From Callorhinchus milii (taxonomy: Eukaryota): a stretch of DNA of 64,000 bases. A program made the position numbers and the translations under genes. The stretch covers positions 37,636,001-37,700,000 of the forward strand of contig NW_024704742.1 of assembly GCF_018977255.1 (NCBI RefSeq), in the 5' to 3' direction. Under the pieces are notes generated by a model that was not told the origin of the DNA, ran no database searches, and saw only the letters and a program-made list of their open reading frames with translations. Shown piece by piece: positions 34,901 to 46,900 of the stretch (positions are counted from its first letter, which is position 1; each line of letters begins with the position of its first letter).

Positions 34901-37900
34901 TGCTAACCAAAACCCCTTTGTGAAAACTGTCTTACTTCTAATAAAAAAAATCTTTATTGTATACATCATCTGCTAACCGCTTACAAAACAGACAGGCAGT
35001 ACATAGCGAGAATTGCTGTTTTGAGATATTTGCTTTAAAAGACACTATAATAACGCAATTCGTAGAATGGCGAAATCGATCTTCAGAGATGTCATAGGAA
35101 GAACATCAATGTCCAAATGTTCCCCTTTAGCAATTGACCAGAAGTAGATCAAGGTAATCTTAAACTAACTAAAGATTTTTTTTTAAAACATGGATTTTAT
35201 GAATGTGATTCAATGTATCTTGTCCTTTGTCCCAGCCATCAAAGCTGCCATTCTGATCCAGAGGTGGTATCGACAGTATGTTGCCCAAATGGAGGTTCGC
35301 AGACGCTGTACATGGAACATTTTCCAATCCATTGAGTATGCTGGGGAGCAGGATCGCATTAATGTAAGGTTTCCTTCAGTTCATCAATGGTTACATTGCA
35401 TAATAAAGGAACACCTCTCTCATCTTCCCATACATGAGAAACTCTGCACGCGTGCACACGCACACACACACATATATATACATTAGTTTTAGAAACAAAA
35501 ACAGAGAGAGTTGTGAAAACTCAGCAGGTCAGGTAGCATCTATGGAGAAAGGAACGTGAGTCAACTTTTCCAGCATCTGCAGTATTTTGTGTTTTGTACA
35601 TTAGTATTAGGTTCACCAAGGTCCAAAAACATAGGACATAACTTTAAAATTAGAGTTAAAATGGTGAAAGATGTGGTGAGAAAAAGTTGTTCAATAAAGT
35701 GCTATGGGAATATGGAACAGACTGCCTCAGACTGCCATAGACAGAGAATCAAAATGTTCGATAGAGAGAGAAAATGTAAGGGTATTTAAGAATATGGCAT
35801 AGACTTAATGACAGAGAAGGCAGGATGGGCTGAAAGGCCTACTACTGTTCCTATGCTCCTGAAGTCCCTGAGCCGTACAGTAAAATGTTTTGAAAAGCTA
35901 TTTAACCCAGGCTTTTTCTTTCTTACGCTATTTCAGTTGGGTTCATCAAAGCCCGTTTGCCATTACTGTACGATTGATGACCCTGGCCTCATTTCTAGTC
36001 TAGTGACAGTAGTAGTGAATGATCTCTTTCTCCTTGGCAGCTCCACAATTTCTTCAGTTACTTGATGGACCACTTCACTCCAGCTTGCAGCCAAGAGGGT
36101 AAGTCCATTTCAAACTGCTGATAGTTAAGCACAGTTTGCCATCTACCACAATGACTAAAAGGATTTTCAGTAAGAATTAAGTACTGTGCACACTTGTAAA
36201 TTTAGGATAAAAGAACTCTCCCAGGACTCTAAGGAGTTGAAATTAATGATGTAAATACATTAATTTTACATGAAAAACTCCCGTGAAGAGTTGGCACTTG
36301 TTTTTTTTTGTATCAGGTGCCTGTGTCCAGTCTATGGAAAGGTCCTAAGATATCCATGTGTTTGGGTGGGGTTTTTTTCAAGGCAGAATTTACATTATTT
36401 TGTGATGACAAGCCTTGTATTTAGATAACTTTTTGGAACAACATTGATTATATGTTGTGCAAATTGTTGTTGTCCTTTATGCATAGTGATGTTTTTACAA
36501 TGCGTTATTCATTTCATGGCTCTTCTTAGGCCATTGTGCACCAATTGACTGCTGCTTTCACCCACAAAACACACAGTCACTAAACTTTACAGTATATCTG
36601 TGAAGTGCTTTGAGGCATCCTTCTGATGTGAAAGGCACTATACCAAATGTAAAAAATTATCATTAGTATTCTCTGCCTCTGCTAGGTGCTGTATTGTATT
36701 TCTGTAATGTCATTTCAGAACCTCTATAAAATAAGCCTAAATTGATCTACATATTCTTAACAAATAATTTTCAAAGCCTTAAATAGCTGGTACAGGACAT
36801 TGTAAAGTGAACTCAGAACCCATAAACCCTGCAGGAGATGTTTCCAAGCAGGAGATAGGTAGAAAATGAAATGGTTTAGGAAGAGAGTTCCCAAGGACGG
36901 GGGAATGATGTCTGAAGGCTTGGGAACTGAACATGCAATGGAAGGAGTAGGTCATAGATCTGGATCTGTGGAGGGAAAAGTGTCAACTGGGATGTAGGGT
37001 TGGAGAAACCTGCATGAATAAGGTGGAGATGGACTGTAGAGGGATTGAAAAGACAAGGATCTTAAAATTGGCCTATTGACTATTTTTTCCTTTCCCTCCC
37101 CAGGGGACCTCATTTCCCATATCTTCACTCAGACGGATGGTTCATGTAAGGACGCAGAGCTAGATAATTACTTTGACTACAAAACCATTGAGGTTACCTC
37201 CTCATATGCTGGACCTCATCTCTGTTTCCCTCTCACCCCTGCACATGTAACTGCCTTACTGGAAGCCTTCAAACAAAATCAAGTAAGTAATCAAATAACA
37301 CAAATCTAATTTCAAACAATAGTATATTTGCAGCTGATATAAACAGTCATTGGGATCTTCACTGTTTATAAACAAGGTATGCATCAGTCAAGACCTTTAA
37401 TACTTGCAACACTGTTGAGAGAAATTCTGCCCTGATTTGTTTTCTTAGTGTTTCAGAGCTACAGAAATCCCACTTCAAAGTTAAGACTGAGTTTGACAAT
37501 TTGCCAAATTCTATCAATTCTGAAACGCTAAGAAAGTAGAGTAATTCTGGATCCAGATGGAATTTCTTCCCCAGTACCTCTTTAAAGTGACTCACTTTTC
37601 AATCTTTCTTCATTTTGTTTGTAAACACACAATCCAATGATGTACATTACATGAACACATCAACTCACCTTGTGACAATTGGCTGTTAGTGGCTAACTTC
37701 TCACTACGGTAGTCCCAAAACAATCCACTATTGTCATACACATTGCTTTACTAATTAGCGATAGGAATTAGTGTCCAATTAATCAAAATCAATTTATTGA
37801 AGACGTATAACAGTACTTCAGAACATGTTTTATTGGATAGAAATGATTTTAAAGATGTCTTCTGTACATTTAGTGCATGAATTGTTAGCTGAAGGCCTGT

Positions 37901-40900
37901 GTTTTCAGATGGATTGACTGAAATGGTCCTGCACTTTCTCACTCTCACTCCTTTTCTCCCAGTAGCAGCTTCATGCTTGCTATGTATTACAGCTTCTGAA
38001 TGAAGCCAGGAAACATCTGAAGAAATTGCCAAATATCACCCATATTTCTACCAGCTATGAGAAAGAGATTACTATTTGTGGTAAGCGAAAATGTTATTTG
38101 CATTTTAACAATTCACTCAGATTACAAATTGCAATGCCCAGTTAGTTTAAAGTGAGTTATGAAGTTATAGCATAATTGAACACTTCACCTGATGTGAGAT
38201 AAATTTGTGAATGTTATCTGAACCCTGGGGTATATTAGAGATGGTAACTCATTGCTGCAAGTACTGATATTATATGTTTATTATCTCTGACATTTTGCAT
38301 GTACTAGTAGTTATAAATTCCCCGTTAATGTTGATGGCAATATAACAATCTTCCGAAGAATATACTTATCATTAGGTCGTGGCACAGACTGAGGGTCTAC
38401 AGGATTAATAAGATGAATGCCTGAAAGGAAATCTGGGATATATGTGCTTATGTGCTACTCATGCTACATTGTATGTTATAAACTGATGTTTTTCTGGAAA
38501 GGGAGGGAGAAGGGAATAATTTCCAAAGTCTAATTAGAAAGGCCAGAGAGCAAAATGCATGGGTTTGAATATACTTATTTTTTCTCTCTGAGGGGTGTGA
38601 GGAGATGGTGTTTTGCTCTCCTGACATTTCACAAAAATGAGCTACTTTCAATGTTTTTTGAGAATATCAGACCTCACCATGTACACTGTAAGAAAGAGGT
38701 CTCTTTGCGAGCCCAATTACCACTTCCTCTCACCCAACTGAAGTCTACAAAAAGAAGAAAATCTGGAACAGTATTTTCATGCACATTCAAATTCAAAGGA
38801 AAAATAATACTGTTATAATGGGATTTTGTCTTTGTTAGATACCATTGACTAATGTATTCAATGCACATTCAAGTTATTGATTTAATCAATCAAAGTGTTG
38901 AACTCTTCTGTGGTATGCTCCACCTGTAAAACACTGAAACAAAATTATTTTTCCTTCCTCCTTGAAATATGTAGGAGATCTGCATGGGAAGCTGGAAGAC
39001 CTATTTTTAGTATTTTATAAGGTAAGTACTTTTCAAAGCCAACTTGCTCAGCTCCACTGGCTCCCCATCCATCAGCTAATCAAATTCAAGATCGTGTCCT
39101 CATGTTTTTATCCCTCCACAGTCGTGCCCCAACCTACCGCTCACCTTACCACCCCCTCCTCACCTTCTATCCCCTCCAGCTTGGGCTCCCAGTTAGGTAT
39201 GTAAAGTTCTATGACACGTCCTCCCCATGTGAAAGGCGCTATAGACATGTAAACTGTTGTTGCAACAATAATAGTTGACATGCCTATAGTTCCTTTCTGC
39301 AATATAGTCCTGAACAGCGCATCATTTCACTTGGTAGCAATAATAATCTAGTAATGATTAGAAGAAAATGTGATCTAAATTGCCTCATTCACAAAGGGTG
39401 GGAAGTGTTACATTGAGCCTCATCAGATCAGATTGGGCTCAACGATTTCCAAACAGTGCCAAAGTGCAGATCTAAAAATATTATTGAGTAAACTCGCTGG
39501 TGATGGAGGAGATGGGACTCTTCTCTCTAGCCTTTAGGTTTGCAATTAATAATCCAGTCTTTTGTTGCTTTTTCCCCCTTAGCGAATATCCTGAATTAGA
39601 TCCTGATAAGTACATTACGAGAATTTTTCTTCCAGAGGCAACACATTTTATTTTTCACATTTTGATTTTCCACAATAAAAGGCTGTAACTTGTATCACAA
39701 TTAAATGTTCACCAGTATTCTGTCAATGCAAATGACCTAAGTAAGTTTCATTGAGGTTCATAGAAAAGGTTGACTGGACTTAACTGAATTCTGCACACAT
39801 GTGAAACATCACTAGAGATGTATTTCTGCAATCTCTGCTATCAATATAATCCTCCACATTAATTGTCCGTTCAACTCGTGGCTGTTTCTGGGCATTTTGT
39901 GGCAAAAGCAGCTGCTGCACCTCTATTAAAACAGTCAATACATTTGAAGCATTTTTGCTTGTGAAGCACTGTGAGACATTTTGAATCATGAAGCACTGTA
40001 AAATAGTTTAAGTTTTCTCTCTCTCAGTGGCACAAAACATTAACCAATGGTGAGTTCCAAACTCTGCCATAAGCTGTTGCATTTTCAACAAATAACAGGT
40101 ACACACTTCCCGTAAACCTGTGATTGCACACCAGTTTCCAGCCCATGACACCACAATCTAGAATTGTTGATATAATAGGATATAATGGTATAATGGCACT
40201 GATCCAATTTTTCTCTCCTCAACCAGAATGGACTTCCATCCCCAGAAAAGGTCTATGTCTTCAATGGAGATTATGTTGACAGAGGCAAACATTCCATTGA
40301 GATTCTGCTGATCTTGTTGACATTCCTCCTTGTTTACCCCAAAGAAGTCCATCTGAATAGAGGAAACCATGAAGATCATATCATGAACCTAAGGTATTTC
40401 CAGTTGGCCAGAAGTGGTGATTGAACAAAATAATATGCAGTAAACTCCTGATAACTCGTCACTCCAAGGGGAAAAGGCTCAGTTACACGTTATCCAGAGT
40501 GGCGAGTTAGGCATATTTATAAATACATAAATAAATGCGGCCAGGATATTGACAGTATGGTGACTTAAGTGGTAGTGACAAGGTAAGCCAGGGTTATGTT
40601 ATCAGGTGTTTACTGTATATACATTTAAGAGGAAGCAAGACGTTCACATGAAGGAGAAGATATGGAAGAGTATGGGAGAGAGTAAGGAGGGCTCAGGATA
40701 TTTGGAACCAAATGGATGGCCATTCTGAGGACATCTGAAGGGCAGAGTGTTCCTCTAAAAGATCACACTGAGAAAAGTGACCGACTTTGTCATGACAGCT
40801 CAAGTAACAGCTGTGTGAATGCTGCAATGTTAAGCTTACTGTAAATGTCGCTTAAATATATTTCTCTATTTCAGATATGGCTTCACAAAGGAAGTCATGC

Positions 40901-43900
40901 AGAAGTATAAGGTGAGCATTTGGGCAATTTCTGTCAATTTCCTGTAATCCCACATTCCTCTTTGAACACATACGCGGCTTCCTGCAGGGCTAAGGACTGT
41001 GTTGTTTGTTTCAGGTGCATGGGAAGAGAATGTTAAAGCTAATTCAGAGTATTTTCAGTTGGCTGCCGCTAGCTACTATTATAGATGAGAAAATATTGAT
41101 TACACACGGAGGGATCTCAGAAACAACGGATTTGGACTTTCTGGCCAAAATTGACAGACACAAGGTACAGTACAACCACTTAAAAACTGTCCAGTGCATC
41201 TCATAGAATAATTAAATCACAAGTGTTACAGCACAGAAACAAACCATCCAGCCTTCATTGATGTTTTTCTCCACAAGAACCATTTAATCTAATCTTACTC
41301 TTTTGCTCACTTCCCATATCCTTTAATATTCTGCCTTTTCAACCAGCTTTTAAAGGAAAGTGTGGACTCCGCTTGAACAACAGTCATTACGTATTAATTT
41401 GCTAAAATCAAAATTTTCAAAATTCTATTGAAATGTATTGCATTGTGTCCATACTGGCGCAAGGTCCCATTTCATTCCTGTGCCTTCACTTTAATTTAAT
41501 TCTGTGACATGCTTTGCGATGCTTCGTTTACATGAAAGGTGTTGCTTAAGTAAACGTTGCTGTATGAGTAAAGCGACATCACCAAAATGTTTCTTTCTAA
41601 AAAAAAACAAATGAATCTTTCTGTGACAGTACATTTCGACACTGAGACCGCCCAAGAGAAACAGGAAAAGATTTGAATATGGCAAGCAGGTGTCAGGACA
41701 GGGCTTGCACTTTAACGGGGATAGTGAAGAGTGCATGAGCAGCTCGTGTCAAACTCCAGGCAACAACTTACTGACTGGCAGCTCCATACTGAGTTATGCT
41801 CACACTTACAAAAGCCAAAGGAACAATACATCTGCATTGATCCAGGTGAACAAAAAGGAAATCTCTAAAAGAGTCCGACGCTCTGTTGAGGAGGAATTAG
41901 AGAAATGTCGTCGACAAGTGGGCTTCGGTGACACATATGATGAATCGAAGGTGGTAATTTCCATGTCTGATTCCGACTCCGAGTCATATGAACCCCTGGA
42001 ATCTGATAACCTTGAATGGAATCAGGTGAGCCCGACACAGATTTCAAGGGTTTATTTGCGTATGGTTTATTTTGCCAACAAAATATACAGTCACTTTACA
42101 GTATATTCTGTGAAGCGCTTTGAAGCATCTCGAAGATCTGATAAGGCGCTTTCTCAAATACAAGGATTATTATTATTATTATTATAGATGGTGAGGGATT
42201 TAACTTGAAAAGTTGATTGATTTACAGAAAAAGAGTTGCTGGTATGCACCTGACTTACCGGTCAGCAGATTGTTGCGTTAAAGTGCTAGTTAACAGGATA
42301 CAATCTTTATTCAGCAAATAACTCAGATTAAAGATAGTATCTTGCTAATCTACCCCTGGCTAGAAGTCCAATTGTGATCCAGCAGCAGTGTCAGCCTCAG
42401 CTACTCTAACAGAGTTGTGGAGGGGATGGAAAGGAGGGAAACCACCCCTGCAGACTAGTCAATATATCGAGTGGACAGAATTGTAAACTATGTAACAATT
42501 AACAAACTAGCTTTCAACAGTCAGTGCCTTTAAGACCTCAAAGCAACTTGAGAGCTGAATTAATCCATGGTACTGAAAGGGTTAATCCCAATATCACTGG
42601 GCATTGTAATCTCCTACATACAGTGACATTTGGAATACTGCATTGCTTCGGGGACCCAACCTTCAAAAGGGCATTGATGTATTTCTCGATTCTGTACTGG
42701 TTAATTGTGTATTAAATGATCTGTCATTAACTGGTCAAGGATAGGAAGGAAGAATATACTGACAATAGCTCTGTTCTTTCCCTTTTCCGGAGGTTGTGGA
42801 TATTTTATGGAGTGATCCTATGCACCAGGAAGGCTGTGTTTCTAACACTGTCAGAGGCGCCGGGTGTTATTTTGGACCTGATGTGACTGAGAAAATACTA
42901 AAAAAGCATAACCTACTGCTCTTGATCCGCTCCCATGAATGCAAACAAGAAGGTTACGAATTTTGCCATAATCGCAAGGTATAAATAACCCTTCACAAGT
43001 TTTATTGAAAATGAATCATCAGTTTCAGATAGTCTAGTGAGCAAAAGCACTGCCTTGCACAGCCCTAGGCCACACAAAACAGAACAACAACAACAAAATT
43101 ACATTTATATAGCACCTTTCACATTGGGAAAAACAAATCTTCCAAGGTTCCCGCTCCTGAGCATGATCCAGAGTCACAACTGTTCTCGGTCATCAGATGA
43201 GGGCTGGATGAGACTCAGCTGAGATGCTGCCTGAAATCAAATAATTTGCCCACATTCTCCATCAAGGTTTCAACATGACTTTCTCAGCATCTTGGTTAAG
43301 ATCAAGTGTAGTATCTATTCATATCAGTTACTCATTGGATTATGTGCCTGCCATTGTTTCTTGTGGCACTTGTTACACCAACACACAATGATCGAGTTCA
43401 AAACAAACTTGCTACCCTACAACAACTTGCACTTTTTTCAGACCGCCTCACAGATCCTCCAAGCTGCACTGAGGAGAGGAAAGAGAATTTAAGGGTGCTA
43501 GCTAAAGCATGGTCAAAGAGATACATATTAAAAAGGTTTTGCAGGCTAGGAGAGAACTGTTTTCCAGCCAGTGCTAGTTGAGCCAGTATTCCGAGGGATT
43601 CATTGCCTCAGTGGCTCCTGACTGTACAACATTGCTGCATATTTATAATTTAAATTGCTTTTCCTAACAGTTTTTTTTCAACATGCTGAAGAGCCCTGTC
43701 AAGGCATTGCAGTTGCAATTATTCAATTGTAACATCAGCTATTTACCTTAAACTCTTTGCCAGTTAATTGTATGACACAGAAAGCTCAAATGCAATGGAT
43801 TTCAACAACAACAACAACAAGATTCCATTTATAGTTGTCAGTTGTCTTAGCAGATTTGCCTCAATCTGTTTTAATTTGAATTAATTGGTACTAAAGTTCA

Positions 43901-46900
43901 TAGAATAATGTTTGTTTTTATTCCTACATTATGATTGCCACCATGATTACCAGCAAAACATCGCAGCATTATTCTTACTATTACCATTACAGGTCCTGAC
44001 CATATTTTCTGCTTCCAATTATTATGAAGTGGGCAGTAACAGAGGAGCCTATGTGAAGCTTGGTCCCGATCTCATCCCTCACATTGTGCAGTATCAAGCC
44101 AATAAATCCATTCACAAGCTTACCCTGAGACAGAGGTGTGTGACATACAAGTTTTCGCCCACAAAATGTACAGTCAATTCACTTTACAATATATTCTGTG
44201 AAGCGCTTTGAGATGTCTCAACGATGTCTTAAGGCATTGTATCGTCTCAATGATATGACGAGGCACTGTATCATCTCAACAATGTGATGAGACAAATGCA
44301 AATATTATTATTATTATTATGATTATTATGTGCAGCCTGAAGTTGTCCAGGGAGGTGGTAACACATTGGACATCTTGAACCAGATATTTTGAGTAAACAT
44401 GTATTTACAGTTAATGATCTCCCAATACCAGATGATACAGCATCCATTATTATCCATTATCCTGTTTGATACACAGATCATGTGGAGTCCTGTGGCTCAG
44501 TGGTTAGAGCACTCGCCTTGCAAGCGAGAGACCTGGGTTCAATTCCAGTCAGGGCGAAACCTTGGGCAAGTTTCCTTACTCCACATGCCTAATAATAATC
44601 CCTCCAAAACAAAACAATAATAAATTGGTCATTTTCAATCCACGACTGTTTGTGGGACATTGCTGTGCGCAATTGTCTGCTGCATTTTACCCACAAATAT
44701 ACAGTAAATTCACTTTACAGTGTGTTCTGTGAAGCACTTTGAGACATCTAGAAGATGTGAAAGGCGCTATATCAAATGCAAGGATTATTATTATTATCAT
44801 TCAAGTAATGTTTCAATGTTACTTTTTCCCTCCCCACCCACTCCACAGAGTGAGTAAGGTTGAGACGTCAGCGCTAAGAGCTCTGCGGGAGAAGATCTTT
44901 ACTCACAAATCAGAGCTCATCAGTGCTTTTGAGCTTTATGACAAGAGAAAAATAGGTAGGGCAACAAATGAAGTTTTATATCTGTGTAGCTATTAATTTT
45001 GTATAATCTGCAACTCCCTGAGCGAATGGAACAGCTTACATGAATTTGGTGAGCAGGGTGCGTCACTCCAGGGACAGTCAATCCAGACACAGGGAAATTT
45101 TCACATGTAGTTCACATACATATGTGGAACTCTCAGTCTGCCTCCCACACCCATTTACCCTCTTACTTACCAACTCCCCGTTGTTAATTGATAACTTAGT
45201 GATTCTTTGCATATCCATATAAGATGTATTTCCTGTTTGTTCTGTTTCTGAAACCATATATATAATGGCATGAATCTGGCATGAAAACTCCAGTACTGTA
45301 GCTAACCACATTGATTCAGCTGTCCCACCTCAAGTAGGCGATCTGGCATCACAGCGAGTGGCTCTGTATGCGTATAACAATTGTAGGCAGCACAAGACTC
45401 AGAAGCCTCCATTAGTTTATTTCTTCACAGTGCCATGACACAGATTGTTAATAAAGCCTCTGTTTACTGACACATTTGATCTCTTTGGATTAGTCGACTA
45501 GACTCAAGGTGATAAGTAGATTTGCCTTGGTGTTTTGGGGTCACGGAGTCCACACACATTCAAGATACAGTAAACACCCAATAACTCAACTCTGGCTTAA
45601 CTTGTCACAACCACTTAATTCATTATGTGGTCAATATCCATGCCGCACTTATTTATACATTTATACATAAATGTATAATCTACTCTGCGTAATTTGCCAC
45701 TGAGCCCTTTCCCCTTGGAGTCATGAGTTATCAGGAGTTTCCCCTTGTACTGTTTCTCTTCCAAATTACAGTGACACTGGCAATTGGACAGTGTAACCCT
45801 GCCCAGATGCATATAATAATATTGTGTTGCTAGTCCCAATAGTAAAGAAGAACACTCTGGACTGCTATCTAATGTGAAAAATTCATGATAAATTTCCGAT
45901 TTTCTTTATTTTCCTTCCTGTTGAGGTATATACAAGTTATGTTTCCTGTGATCTCTTCAAAAATAATAATAATTTGGTGACTGAATCCATGACTGTTTGT
46001 GGGTCACTGCTTTGCACAATTGGCTGCCGCGTTTCGCCCACAAAATATACAGTCGATTCACTTTACAGCTTTGAGAGTCTCGAAGACATGATAAGACGCT
46101 ATATCAAATGCAAGAATTATTATTATTACCATCATCATCATGTGAGAGTCCGCCTGACTCAGGAGGTGAATGCGCTATACCAAATGGAAGGATAATTATT
46201 AGTATTATTTGCACAGGTAAAATTTCACTGAACGACTGGGCAACCGCAATGGAGTCCATCCTACGTCTGGGACTACCATGGCGAGTGTTGCGATCCCAAC
46301 TTGTGCCTAGCACTCATGATGGACTTTTGCAATACTGCTCATGGTTTGATAATCTTGCCATACAAGAACCCGTTGCACAGGTAAGAGTAACAGATTATTT
46401 TCAAGGAAAGAAATCCTTGAATAATTCTGATATGTGTCAGGCCAATTCAGATCCAAACCCTGAATCAATTATTATTGAGAAATTATAACTGGTTAGACTC
46501 CAGCAGTACCCCAATGCACACGCTGCGCAGGCTCCAAGTTTTGGCTCATGCACCTAATACTTTCCGGAATTAGGTAAGCAGGACGCATCCATTCAGAGAG
46601 AGAATGCGGATTGCATTCCAAACATCTATCTCTGAAATTTCCATGTGCAGGTGGGATGCATGGAATTCTCAGTTTGGTTTGGATATTCTTAAGCATGGTG
46701 ATGGGTTTCCGCATGTGTCAGACACCAGGCTGACCAAAAGAAAATTGAGACACCAGAGAGTCACAGAGTACAAATTGGTGAATGCCAATTGGTGAAGAAC
46801 TTCCAAGATCCTAGATTTGGAACTATGGTCCCTATTTCCAATTCTTCACATGATCAATCTGTTTTTATTTCTGGCAATTGGGACAAAGACCATAAAAAGA

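Noticed and set aside
44484..44560. tRNA-Ala(TGC)-like gene (also 6888, 61706)
   Set aside because: No proper acceptor stem or terminator; it runs into a SINE body and (ATT)n tail.
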